Assembly (NCBI GenBank): GCA_973895155.1
Contig: OZ316899.1
Coordinates: 2,997,455-3,061,454, forward strand
Source: Marsupella aquatica
Taxonomy: Eukaryota; Plantae; Marchantiophyta
DNA: 64,000 nt
Direction of reading: 5' to 3'
Positions 10,945 through 24,500 of this stretch are shown one piece after another (position 1 is the first letter of the stretch; each line of letters begins with the position of its first letter). The position numbers and the translations under genes were made by a program. The notes beneath the pieces were generated by a model. It was not told the DNA's origin. It was given only the letters and a program-made list of their open reading frames with translations, and made no database searches.

Positions 10945-13076
10945 GTGAACTGGAAGTTCAGAATGATGGGGAAGACTTCAGGGGAGACTAGTTCAGAAGG
11001 AATGGGGGAAGAATTCAAACCCTTTAAAGAGGGGACTCCTAAAATGGAATTCATGAAGGAGGAAGTGACAAAGGTACATTCCAGAGAACCAATGAGCAGT
11101 GAAGGAGTGAAATCGACCGTGATACCTTTGAGGCGGGTGAAAATTCCCATTTTTAAAGGTACGTTGGAAGAGGACGCTGATACCCATCTGGCCAGATTTG
11201 AGGAAATGCTTCGGGCTAATCACGAGCAAAATGATGTAACAAGATTGGAATTGTTTCCAAGTTCCTTGGATAAAGGTGCTTTTGTCTGGTACACCCAATA
11301 CTCACCTGGTCATTTTCAAGAATGGAAACATTTAGCAAAGTCCTTCCTAGACCAGTATCGGGTGGCTAAAGAGGAGACTGATTTGTATAGCATTTTGCAA
11401 AATATGAAGCAACAAAAGACAAATCTGTTCAGAGTTACATAGGGAGATTAAAGGTGGCTATGCGCAGGTTGACTCATCAACCATCTGATGCTCAACGGAT
11501 TAGTTGGATGAGAAGAGCAGTCAAAGAAAATTTAGTAATTGTGGTGGAACAAAATCCCACCCAGGATGCAGATGAGTATGAAAGAAGGCTTATTAGGTTA
11601 GAAGGGATTACTCAAATGATGAAGACTGATTTTTCTACTCAAAGTGAGGGGGAAACAAATAGGGTTAAAGGAGAGGGATCCAACAATGAAAAAAAGGAGC
11701 ATAAACGAAGAAAATGTTGTGAAATTCACATGAGAGCAGGGCACACTACCCAGGAATGTTTTCAGAATCCCTATAAGAAAGGGGGGAATGTGGCAGTGAA
11801 TGCAGTTGAGCAAGGTGCTAGAGAAACTGAGAGAATAGAAAAAAATCAAAACTACTACAATCCAGACAGGCAATTTACTAATAAAAGGAACTTTCGAGAG
11901 GAAGGAGAAAGACCTCCTCTTACATGTTATTACTGTGGGAAGATTGGTCACATAAGAGGAACTAAATGTGAATTGTGGGTACAACATAATAAGGAAAGAA
12001 CAGAAGCACAAAATAAGGCTCCAGTTAATCATGTGAGGATTCAAACAAGGGATGTGAATATAGTAACACAGTCACAACAAGCGGAACCACCCATTGTGTT
12101 AGCCTTACCTTCCACTAGTGGAGTTTCGAGTTGGGAACAGTTGGATAATACCACACGGAACACAGTAGAACAAATTTGGCAACAGCAGCAAAGCAAACTG
12201 CTACCAAGACCGGAGAAGTTAATGGGGTTGGATGGAAGAAGAGAAAGTGGACCTGAAATCTTGGAATCTAAGGAGAATCTTGATGAAGGAAGTGGAGAAT
12301 CTGTCATACTAGAGGGCGATCCAGTAAGTGAGAACCCATTAAGGGAAGAACCCTTTAATGCAGAAACATCCAGGGTCAAAAATGAACAAGATATAATTAG
12401 GAAATTAGTAGAGGTTATTTCAAAAACTAAGGTGGAGTTAACAGTGGAAGAGTTGTTATGTATAGCTCCACAATGCAGAGAAGCAGTATTCAAGAAAATG
12501 AGTGAAGAAGCCCCTGGAAAGGCGGCACCAAACATCAGTAGAATGAAGAGAGGGACAGCTGAAACTGAAAGCGAGAGAGAAGATTCGCAGGAGTTACCAC
12601 GAGCACCAACTTATAAGTTGGAAAAGACAGTATTGGCGGATAAGGGGGCAATGGTACAGTTAAATATAAAAGGAACAAAAATTAAGAATGTTTTATTGGA
12701 TGGCGGTTCCGCTGTTAATTTAATGAGTGAGGATATATTCCGGAGACTTGCAAAGGTAAGAATAGTGCCTGCACCTTTTAACTTATTAATGGCAGATCAA
12801 AGTAGTTGTCATCCATTGGGATATATACCAGAATTGCCAATACAAATATCAGGAATCAAGTATAACATAGATGTGGTAGTTTTAAGAAGAGGGGATTCGT
12901 CAAAGAGGCAACCGATGATATTGGGGCGACCTTGGTTAAGGCAAGCCAGAGTTAAACAAAGTTGGGCTAAAGATAAGGACTATATAAAAATTGAGAGTGA
13001 AGGAGAAACCTATAAAATTTACACTACACCAGCCTTGGATGGGACCGAGTATCAACGGGTACGAGTATGTACCTAA
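10945..13076 (+). pseudogene. gag: H gag plus aspartic protease (frameshift near 11415)
   Basis: Retrotrans_gag-like FKG...HLARFE...LELFPSSL...AFVWY; Zn knuckles CEIHMRAGHTTQEC and CYYCGKIGHIRGTKC; protease VLLDGGSAVNLM. Confidence 0.9.
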
Positions 13077-13322
13077 ACTGGGAAGAGGGATTGTCGGAAG
13101 AAGAAGAAACCACATTATTTGAATGTTGTCCAAATTTAATTCATTTGGCAGAAGCAAAAGTAGTAAGGAGAGAAGGAACTATTGAGCAAGAGAGAGAAAT
13201 CATGGAACAGGATTTGAAGAAGGATCTCTTATTACATGTTAGACCACAGGAAGAGCATGATTGTAAATTAAAGGAAGAAAAAACACATTCAAACTACTTT
13301 ACAGTCGAGTCAACAAGACGTA

Positions 13323-16225
13323 GTGGGTTGGAGTGTAACAGATGAGGAACAAATTAAGAAAATGAACATAGGGGATGAGGGAATCACCAAGGAGGTCAAG
13401 ATAGGGAATAATCTGGAACTGGGAATTGAAACACAGTTAAAGGAATTATTAATAGAATTTCGAGATGTGTTTGCCTGGGATTATACAGACTTAAAGGGAA
13501 TACCTGAAACTATTGGGGAACATTGTATAAGATTGGAACCAGGAACTATTCCCATACAAGCACAGAGGTACCGTTTAAATCCTAACTATGCGCTTAAAGT
13601 GAAAGAAGAAATACAAAAAATATTGGATGCTGATTTTATCTATCCTGTCAATAGATATACTTGGTTATCAGCGATAGTAGTGGTACCTAAAAAAAATGGA
13701 AAACTTAGGGTTTGCATTGATTATCAAAAATTTAATGCAGCTACTATAAAAGACCCATTTCCAGTAACCTTTATAGAATCTGTATTAGATCAAGTGGGGG
13801 GTAAAGAAGCATATTCTTTATTGGATGGATTTAGTGGGTACAGCCAAGTGAAATTGTCTCCCATGGCTCGAGAAATGACTACTTTTATAACTGAGTGGGG
13901 AGCGTTTCAGTATAAAGTGTTACCATTTGGGCTATGTAATGGGCCAAGTACTTTTCAGCGTATTATGATGATGCTTTTCCATGTGTATTTAAATGATTTT
14001 ATGCAAATCTTTCTGGATGATTTTACAATTTATGGGGATAGGGATGTGCATTTAGTGCAACTAAAACTCTATTTACTTAGATGTAGGGAGTGAGTTTAAA
14101 TCCGGATAAATGTACATTCTTTGTAACATCTGGGAGGTTATTAGGGCATATTGTGTGTAAGGACGGGTTGCTAGTAGACCCAAACAAGGTTAAAGTCATC
14201 AAGGAAATGTCAGCACTTGAAACTGCCACTCAAGTTTGAAGGTTCCTAGGAGCTAGCGGATTTTATCAAAGATACATTCGAGGTTATTCAGAGATAAGTG
14301 CCCCATTAGCCAAGTTAACAGGGAGTACTAGTGTTTTCAAATGGACCTCGGATTGTGAAATAACATTTGAAACACTCAAAGACAAATTAAGTGAAGCACC
14401 TATTTTAAAGCAACCAGATTGGGGTAGGGTGTTCCATTTGCATACTGATGCTTTGTTGACTGCAGTAGGTGCAGTCCTAGCTCAACCAGAGGATGAAGGG
14501 TTGGATTTGCCAGTCTATTATGCTAGTAGGCTGTTAAATGTACATGAAAGAAATTATACGACTACAGAGAGAGAAGCTTTAGCTATGATATAAGCAGTAA
14601 AGAAATTCAGACATTACTTACTAGGGAACAAGTTCATATTTTATATAGATCACAATGCTTTAGTGAGTTTAGTGAATAAACCTCAATTGTCTGGTCGAAT
14701 TGCTAGATGGATATTGCTGCTTTCAGAGTTTGACTATACTATCGTTTATAAGCTAGGAAAAACCCATGTCATCCCGGATCAACTAAGCAGGTTGGAGTCA
14801 GGCGAAGACCCAACGGGAGTAGAAGACAGCTTACCCGACATGGAGTTATACCAGGATAAATTGGAAAAAAATACAGAGAGAGGTGATTCTTTAAAACAAG
14901 TAAAGGAGACAGGCAGTTCTTTGGGACTGGAGCCAGATAGGAGACCAGTATTGAGAGTAATAGTGGACTCCAGTGAAGAGCTACAACATTACCTGAGAAC
15001 AGCAGCATACCCAATGGGACTTAGCAACAAGGAAAGAAAAATTTATGCTCACAAGGCAAGACCTTACACACTCATGGAAGGAGTGTTGTATTACAAAGGG
15101 CCAGATGATCTTTTAAGAAGAGTGGTGGCACCAGCAGAACGAGACAATATTCTGAAGGTGGCCCATGAAGGATTTGGAGGAGGACATTTTGGAGCAGATA
15201 TAACAGTACGAAAAATACTACAACAAGGGTTGTGGTGGAGAACCATCCACCAAGACACTTACAAGTTTGTAAAGACTTGTGATGCTTGCCAACGATTGGG
15301 CCCTATTAAGGAGAGCATGGAGTACCGACCAATCATATCACCATACATTTTTCAGAAATGGGGATTGGATTTCATAGGACCAATAAACCCTGTGGCAAGG
15401 TACAGTCAGATTCAATTCATCATAGCAACAACAGAATACACCACCAAGTGGGTGGAAGCAGTGGGAACCAGAGAGAGCAATGCTAAAGTAACAGCTAAGT
15501 TCCTTTACCAGAACATTATAACCCGTTATGGACCTCCAGAAGAATTAATCAGTGACCAAGGAACCCATTTTATGAATACAGTCATCCAGGAGTTAACAAA
15601 CAATTATAAAATCACCCATAGGTTTTCAACACCCTATTACCCTCAATGTAATGGACAAGCAGAGTCCACAAATAAAATACTGTTAAATGTGTTAAGAAAA
15701 GTAGTGAATGAACAATTAAATGATTGGGATGTTCAACTACCAGCAGTAGTTTGGGCATTCCGTACAGCCTATAAGGTTACCACAGGGCACACTCCATTCA
15801 ATATGATGTTTGGTATAGAAGCAAGAATGCCAGCTGAATGGGAGTTACCTAGTCTAAGATTAGCAATTCAACAAGATATAAACCAGGACAAAATACTTAC
15901 TAAAAGATTAGAGGAATTGCTAAACGTAGCTGAAATTAGAGAAGAAGGGGAGAAAAAGTTAGAATTAATGCAAGAGTAGAGAAAGAAAAGGATAGATAGG
16001 TATAGAAAAATACAAGTTTTTAAAACAAATGACTTAGTCTTGTGGTGTAGGAAAATGGCAAAAATTTAAAAAGGAAAGTTGAGAATGAGATGGGAAGGAC
16101 CCTTTATCATAGAACAAGATAAAGGAAATGGAACGTATGAAATCAGCAGTTCGGATGGGCAAGAAAGACAATTACTTAATGGCAACAAACTGAAATTGTA
16201 TTTTAAGAGAGAGGACATTATCTAA
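13323..16225 (+). pseudogene. pol: H pol: reverse transcriptase, RNase H and integrase, with several stops and frameshifts
   Basis: RT: VVVPKKNGKLRVCIDY, LDGFSGY, PFGLCNGPSTFQR, IFLDD. RH end: RWILLLSEFDY. INT: HEGFGGGH...CDAC, WGLDFIGP, ISDQG, PQCNGQAE. No room for an extra archaeal-type RNase H between RH and INT. Confidence 0.93.
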
Positions 16226-16230
16226 GGGAT

Positions 16231-19200
16231 TTGGAGAGAACCATCTGGGATACGGAAGTAGGGTTACCAAAACAAGAGGAAAATGAAGAAATGCCAGTAG
16301 AGGTTGATATAGCAGTTAATAGCTTGGATAGATTGATTACTCATTTAAGTAATCCTATAGAATTTAGGATAAAAGATTGCCCCTGGCACTACTCGGTAGG
16401 GTCCATAAATCTGGACAGAGCAAATATTCCTTTTTCTTCATTTGTATTACATGTTAGTAAAGTAGATGTGGCTGAAGTATACTCAAAACAAATCTTGAAA
16501 GGGACAAGTTGTAAGAAACACAGGAGATGTCCTGAGAATTTAATGATAATTGGATATTGGGTTGGGGCAAGAACTATTTTCATAGAAAAAAGAATCCCTA
16601 GGCTCACACCAGTAATTCCTTGTATCAGAAATGAAGAAACCGGGGAGTTAGGGGTATTAATGGGTATTGAACATGATGGGCGTGGCACGGTTCCCAAGAC
16701 CTCTAACACCGAGAACTACCCTCAACCGATCATAAACCACTTGGTTATGTCGGTCCTCTTTCCTTACGGCAGCTATTCAGCTTGGAAACGCGATACTCTC
16801 CTTGGGTCCACACTTACCGGACCGATTCTTTCACTGGGCTTGTGAATTGTGCACAACTGAGACACCTAATTCCTCTTTAACTTCTTCAGGTATATTTGTA
16901 TTCCGCCCCCGGAATGTACCTCTATGGCTTAATTTCTTAAGCCGGCTGACGGTCTTTTTCAGACTGACTCAACCCACACTTCACCGACTAACACTCTCAA
17001 TCCTCACTGTTCTCTCAGAGTTTGATTTGGGCAGTCTCCAATCAAGGCAATGCGATTGTATTTTGCTCAATAGTTCACCCTATCTGACTTTAATCGATCA
17101 AGCAACAGATATCATAACACTCAACTTCTTGGATGGCAAGAATCTGTGAACTATGCAACGAAGCCAACTCAATTCAAACAATTGCTCAGAAATCCAAGGG
17201 AACTGGTGGTTTACTGATACCCTCCGGTCTAGATTTAGCCGAGAGCTTCCTGTGTTTACAACAATACAGATTAACACTAAAGCCTTGACTAAGAAAAAGC
17301 CCCTGAAACCACGCTGCCCAGGTTTTTATCCTTGCAGCGCTTTCAAAAAAAACAACAGAGATCCTAACCACCACACATGGCCTTCCACCGCGATAATCCT
17401 AAAAAAAAACTATCACCTAAAAACTTGAATGGCCCGGAACCCTGTGTGAACCGAGCATCTACTACTATCTAAGCCAACAGGGCGCTACTTGCCCTGTCCC
17501 ATCCTACAACGGCCGCGCCCTTCTGGCCCAAGCCCTTCTCCTGTCGCCACGTCCTCCTTCCAACCAATGACTGGCCCTCCTTAATTGTCAGATGACCGGG
17601 GGTAAGTCTGAATCTTCCGACTCTGCACCTTCTCCTGCCATCGGCCCCGGCCCGACCCCTTCGGCTTCTGTTTTGCCGGCCCCGGCATCGGTCTCGACAT
17701 CGGCATCTGCATCTGCATCTGCATCCGCATCCTCCTGGGAAACGGCTTGGAGAGCCTTTGCCTTAACTTCCTCAATCCAAGCCTTTTCCCCGATGCGCTC
17801 GGTCTCGATAACCCACGGTTTCACGTTCTGTGTGTCCATAGAAGCAGTACCATCATCTAAACCTGTTACCGCAGCTCCAAGTTGATCCGCAGTACTTACC
17901 TCTACCACCGCTGCCTTCAGGGCCACAGTACCACAAATGTGAGCAGCCATGCTCTCGACTTCCTCCGGAGTGGCTTTAAGGGTTTTAACTTTATTATCGC
18001 CTGGCCCCATGAACGTCTTTGCCAAGTCTGCCACCAACTGCATGGCTTTGCCCCCAGTCACACTTGACAACAGAGAGCTTGGCTTCGGCTTCGGCTTCAC
18101 TATATTTCCGCCTACCATACTACTGTCGGGAAGCCTTTCAGTTGGTGACCCATATCCCGCTTCGGCATACTTCTTCAATTTCTGCGTTTGATTGTCGGCA
18201 TGCCTCTGCAGCCCGATCATCTTATCCTTGGCATCCTCCAATTCTTGAGATACATCTTCAACTTCATCGTTAAGCCGTAGTATCTCGGCCTTGGCCGTCT
18301 TCAACTCCTCATTTAAGATCTGCACGATCTCCAACTCTTGCTTATCTACGGCTGCTTTCAAGGAGTCGTTGATACCTTCCAGTTTTGTGACCTTGTTTGT
18401 CCATGCCTGCTTTGTCCTGGTTAGCTCCTCCTGAAGCTCCTTGCGTATCTGTTGAACCCGGTTTAGGTGATCATTGGCCGCCGTGCACATGGCGTCATCA
18501 TGCTTTTCACGCATGGTCTCCAACCGGTCAAGTAACTTATCATACTTCCTTTGGGCTTCTACCAAGGCCTTTTTGCTCTGGGTGGCCTGCTCCTTAGCTG
18601 TCTTTCTGAGCCTCTCAACTTGGCGATTTAAACCCTGTACCTCTACTTTTGAATCGGCTAACTCTAGCTCTATCTTCGTCAACTTTTCCTTGATCTGCTG
18701 GTTATCCAATTGGTAGTTTTCCAATTGGTTGTTTGCCACGTCCAATTCCTGCTGCCTAGCCAAGAGATCCTGCTGAGTTGGTTGAGCAGACTTCATCTTA
18801 GCAACTTTGGCCTCCATGGAGCGAAGCCGAGGGATTACTTCCTCCTTCTTCAATCGCTCCAATGTCATTGCCTCCTCCAGTCTCGTTTGATCAGCCATTT
18901 CTTTTCTAAGAAATGGCCCGGATTCCAACTCGTTGCCAAAGATTTCTAAGGCTAAGAGTCCACACATGTCTCCATACTCCTTAGCCCGATTTCTTGCATA
19001 GTTTGACCTCCCAGGTAATACTGGCATCTGCCATCGAGGTCGTCTCTCCCAAGCTTCAGCCCGTAATTGGTCAAAGTTAGTGAGAGGTTCGGCTTGCCTC
19101 TCACTAAGCCGTCTTATTCCTTCTGGCCACTCACCTCCTGGTAGCTGGCATTCGTGTTCTGCATTCCGGGCCCCCCACTCCTTAATCTTCTCATGTAGCC

Positions 19201-21475
19201 CGGCTTCAGCTTCCTTCATCTTGTCGAATTCCAATGGCGTCACATCTGGTGGAGGAGATTCTGGCATTTTCTGGTCCTCCAGTTTGCCATAGAAGACCGC
19301 GGGAAGTCTTCTACAAAACCTTCCCATCGTTCTAACTCCTGGGACCGGCCTCTCCCCATGATCGACATAGTCATCGTCGTAATCATCCACATTGACCTGA
19401 CTACCTAACATGCCGGCCTCTCCTCCAAAGCCCCCAATCTCCTCCTCTGAAAATTGTTGGGCTGCAGCTGGTTGACCTTCCACCACGGATCCGTTCACTT
19501 GGGCTCTGTTAGAAGCTTTTACAACCGGCCTCTCCTGGCCTCGGCTTACCTCCTCGTCTGTCTCCGAATCCATTCGCTCGTCATATTTCTTTCTCTCTTC
19601 GGGAGTCATCTTCCTCTCGACCAACTGGATGCCTGCATATGGATTATTGCGAGTAGGCTGGCGTAACGGATTTCTCACTACATCATATGTTACTACCTCT
19701 GGCTCCTTGATAGGGGAATGCTCCCGTTCTCGTGTTGCCTGTGTTGCCGACCTCCTCCCATGGCGTCGTATGTTTAGAGACTCCTTGTCCTCCTCCACTT
19801 CCTCAAGTGGTGCAGTGATCTGCATCCGCTCCTGTATAGGCAACACTGGTGCAAAAGACTGGCTTCTTGCATAACGGCAAAGCAATTGCAGATGGTACCC
19901 TAGTCTAGATACCGCTCCCTCCCCAATGCTCTGCTTCTCTTCGTTTAATGCCTTCTTTAACTGCATTAAGAGATAGTCGTTGTAGTCTCGGCTTGCATCG
20001 ATATTCTCTACCAAAAATACCTGGGCTTTGCCGATTTCTGCTCTCGGCAAGGTACAATGCAATGTGACTCTCAGGAAATCAATCAACTGCCCTATATGTG
20101 GGTTGGTACATTGATTCCTAAAAAACCCATTCTTAGTGGAAGGCCCTGGAAATGACCTGAACTGGTCGTCCGGCAACGTCTTCCTCTGCTCCACCTTTGT
20201 TTTCCTTCCTGTTGGTAAAGCAAACACGGCTTCGATAAGCGCAGGAGTTAATTCGAACACCTTTCCATACAACAGCGTTGTGTTGGAAGAAGCCTCCCAG
20301 CATCCCACGAAGTCCAACAGATCCTCATCCGGTATGTCTACCATTCTCCAGGGCAACCTGACAAAGCCCTCCAACCCAGTGTCATTCATATATCCTGCAT
20401 ATTTGTTATCCTGAACGGCACTGAAGACCTCATCCTCATCTCTTGCGAACTGTAATTATAAATCGGCAGGTAACCTGTTTGCCCACCCTATCATGTTTTT
20501 ATCTTCTACAGCCCGATCTCTAATTGGCCCGGATTCCATCTTGATTGGTCTCTCCAACCTAGTTCGCTTTGCTGGAGTTGCAGATGCCGAACCTCCCTTG
20601 CGCTTCATCTCTTCAGTGCCTGAATACTCCCCAAGAATAGCTGCCTTTGTCCACTTTGCAGTGTGACCCTTCAATTCCCAAAGTGGTTGCCCGGCGTTCT
20701 TGATTGCCTCCCTGATCCCCACGACCTTATTCTCCCGAATTAGCAATTCGTCAAGCTCCGCACTGGTGGGTGTCCATGAGAACTTTTCCAATACCTCCTC
20801 CGTATCTATGAATGCCGATTTGTGAATTCCCCACAATTGCGCAAGCTCTGCTCGTTCTCTGGCTGCGCGCTCCGGCTCAACGTCTTCATACGTAGGTATC
20901 AGCTGCCTTGCTTCTTCAAGCAAACAGCCCCAAAACTTCCCTGCCTGATTCACTGTGTTCATTCCACCGAATGCCAAGAACCTGCGCAATTTCTCAAACC
21001 ACCTCCCCCGTTCGATCGGCAGCGGATTCGCTAGGTTGATCGAACAAGCAATTGCACTAGTGTACAGAGTGTCGGTCCCCTCCTTACGAAGCCGCCTCCT
21101 GATGGCTTGTGTGATCAAGCCCTGATTAGGTCATAACCCTAATCGCGACCGTTGGATCAGATCCCATCACAATTTCCCCCGAACATATTGAAATCGGCTT
21201 CAATCTTTATAACTCCCTAATTATATCTACCTAATCTTTATTTAGCCATTATTTTAGGCTTAACTAAGTACTTCGTGATCCTGGCACGGCATCACAATGG
21301 GGGAGAAAAAAATAATTGGGACCCATTCAACTTATTAGAGTTAAGTAAAAGATATTCAGGTGTGCATATCAAATGTAGTCAAGAAGTATATCACAATCAA
21401 CATTGGAAAGAACTAGAAGAACAAGCTTTCGATGAGCTAAGCAACGGTTTAGGGTTAAACCATTGGAGGAAATGA
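16231..21475 (+). CDS. H extra ORF downstream of INT (~207 aa; 16231-16680 joined to 21302-21475), split by unit C; unknown function
   Basis: Removing C and one TSD joins ...LMGIEHDG to GEKNNWDPF... in frame. The ORF-track start is TTG; the first ATG is at 16291. Confidence 0.6.
16681..21296 (-). mobile_element. Unit C: 4616-bp solo-LTR-like element with an internal long ORF
   Basis: Perfect TSD ATGGG at 16676-16680 and 21297-21301. Minus-strand ends TGTGATGCCGTGCCAGG...GGGAACCGTGCCACG (A: TGTGATGCCTAGCCAGG...GGGACGCACCACA). Confidence 0.9.
17588..21118 (-). pseudogene. LTR-borne accessory ORF of C (1176 codons, one internal TAA at 20456-20458)
   Basis: The 220-aa and 933-aa ORFs share one frame with 22 sense codons between them. 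Homologous to A/B (FPGPSTKNGFF.N.CTNPHIG, LPRAEIGKA, VPG.RT.G.F, PESPPPDV.P, ADNQT..LKK). Confidence 0.88.
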
Positions 21476-21514
21476 GAGAAAACAGTTAGAAGACAAGGGA
21501 TACTAGTTGATGCA

Positions 21515-24500
21515 GTGTGCTTACCAGAGCGACTGGTAAGCAAGGCCCGACACAAGAACCAGAGAAGAAGACCGAAGCAGGAACGGCCGCCAAGACAGCA
21601 AGACGACAATCTAGTAGCAGGTGGAGCAAGTAGAACGACTATGTTGTCCGATCAAGCCAGGGAAGAAAGAAGAAAAACTCGTTACAATCCTATTAACGAC
21701 CATAGCAGTGAGGGAGAGAAAGACGAAATGGAACCGGAGAAAGAATCAAGACTGGAGACAATGTCCATTACGACGGTGGGGTTTATCAGGTCAAAGGCGC
21801 ATCAGGAGTTTGTGAAGACACAGTCTTTGACGGAATTCATCAACCTGGATTGGGAGATCACTCGGTATAAAGATCATGACATTGAGGGTTTCATTTTAAG
21901 TTGGAATGAGCAAAAGAACGAAGGCAGATTCCTGAATCAGATCGTCAACACTAGTTACCAGACTGTGATGGCTGCTTTTGGATTGGACAAAGGTGGAGCA
22001 AAAATCACCAGGAGGGTTGCAGCTACATATGAGTCGAAGCACTTTCATGAGAGTTATTGTAAGCCGGAAGGATCAGGATTCATGATGAATCAATGTACAT
22101 CGAATGTGGTTAGACAGAGAGCGGAGTTCATTAGTCATGCAATGATGTGGAAGAAACCAAGAAACGAGTGTTCCAGGTACATTATCAAATTAGTGGAGGA
22201 TTGCGAGGAAGGAAGAAAGAATTGGAGTACGTTATTTTACGAGAGTTTGCGCAAGGCGTTAGTAAGAGCCAAAGATCATTTGAGGAGTTATGAAGACAAC
22301 ATTACACTGGAGGTGGGAACGCACACGAGAATATTGTTGCATCATTGTCTAACTACTGGGGGAAGATCGAGGAAGCCAACTGAGTCAACAACCAAACGCT
22401 ATCAACTGAGGGGGAAGAAACAGAGTAAAAGAGCCCGAATAGAAACGGAGTTGGTGGGAATCAAAGAGTCAGGGGAGAAAGATTCAAGTCCAAGACTTGG
22501 AAGTGAGGAAGGACCCGAAGTGGACACAGGAGATATCAGTAACAACCATCAAGAACCAGAGGCGACGAAAGAAGAAATTGAAATTACTCAGGCAAAACTC
22601 AGGGAACGAGAAGATGAGGAGGACAAGGGTAGTGATCAGCACATGGAAGTGAACCAAGATACCAATGGAGGAAAGTTGGGAGATGACATGATCAGGAAGG
22701 AAGAAACCAGTGAAGGAATGGTTCTAGAAATGCTTGCACCAGAACGGACGGACGTAACTACCAAAGTGAATAGTACTAGGGCGGGGATTCATTCTAAATC
22801 CACAATGGGAGTCACAGCTCCAACTCCACCGCGAATGACAAACACCGAGCTGGAAATGTTTTCAAATCTCAGCAGAGAGGAAATCAAGCGAAGACTCAAC
22901 CGAATCATCACAGACAAGGAGCAGACCTCCAAAAAGGGAACCAAGCAAGTAGGTCCAATGCTGAGGAAAACTGAAACTATCACTCCACCAATTCCGGGAA
23001 GAACACAAAGTCAAGAAGGTATCCCTGATACAGTACCCATTTCTAAAAAGAGAGGGGTAGATCAAGTCATATTGCTGAATGAACTTCTAGGGTCTGTTAT
23101 GAAGTACCATAATAGTGGATTAGCAAAACAAGAGGTTGCAACAAATCGATGGATTTTGCAATTGAAGGATCAGGCCAAAAGCAAGCTAGAGGGGGTATTA
23201 TTTGATGTCACAAATGTCACATTTCAAATACCATAGAGGATGGTACTTGAAATGTACAAGGACCAAAAAGGACCATGGAAGGGCTCAGATGTATTTGAAT
23301 GGATGGCCAAGATTAGACAAGCATTACTGTGTAGCCCAAGAAGTAAAGGTGATGATTTCCTTGGTGTTGCCCTTCACTACCCACAGCCGACATTGTCACT
23401 TAAGGTACTAAGCTTAAGTAGTACTTTCTTGGAATTCAAATACCTCATAACTCGTGTTGACCCTATGGTTTGAACTCTATGCAAGTTCCCAAGTCCATTG
23501 TACATGGCGCGTTAGGTTGTGAGTCCTTCTACAAACATCGTTACGTGTCATATACTCGTGGACGCACTACACCTGTAAGTTTTTCTTAATCTTGAGTAAG
23601 TTTTTCTTGAGGGAAACAAGTTGCCCCGACATTGCGATGCAGAAATTTGGTGGTACTCACGGATGCACTATACCAAGTAAGTTTTTCTTGCGAGAAACAA
23701 GCCCAAACATTGCGTATGTTGCAGAAATTTAGTGGTACTCACAGACGCACTATACTTGTAAGTTTTTCTTGCAAGAAACAAGCCCAGACATTGAGAGAAA
23801 CAAGCGCGGACATCGCGTTGCAGAACTTTTGTGTTACCTTGTCCTTTTCGTGTTCGACATTCACCTTCTTTTGCTCCTGTTTGGAGCTTCAATGTTGCGT
23901 TTTGCGTCGCATTGCCATGCATTGTGGTCTAAGGGATATTAAGGACTGTAAACATATGACCTCGTAGCGAATGTTCCTTACTCTGCGACAGGAAGCTGCG
24001 GCATTACTCTGCGGCATTACTCTACGTTTAGACCTTCATTACTCTGTGGCATTACTCTGTGTTTAGGAGAACAAACATTGTAGCTCAAGGGCGGTTGAAG
24101 TAGGGTGAATCTCTACCCTCACACATGATCTCATGGTGTTAACCCAACATCATGAGTAGTGTTTGGGATGAAGCAGCGAAAGCCAAAAGAGACCGACAAA
24201 ATTTTAAGAGAAGAGAGCGTAGGGCAGGGCAAGCAGTGAATGCAGTAAGAACACATGCCAAAGAAACGTTACAAGATGCTCAGGGGCAGGCAGAGAAGCT
24301 GGTGATTCAGGAGGCTGCCATAGAGGCCGAGAAGTTGCTTGCTAAGGCTAGACACAAGGCTGCAATAGAGGTAGAGCAGTTGATTGCTCAAGCTAGACAC
24401 AAGGCTACCATAGAGGCGGAGAAGCTGCTTGTTCAGGCTGGACGAGAGGCTGCAATAGAGGCAGAGAAGCTGCTTGCTAATGCAAGAGAGCAGGCTGACA

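Noticed and set aside
23173-23473. C-terminus of the 573-aa ORF and the 77-aa ORF at 23240
   Set aside because: This is read-through into the TIR and subterminal DNA of the inserted transposon.
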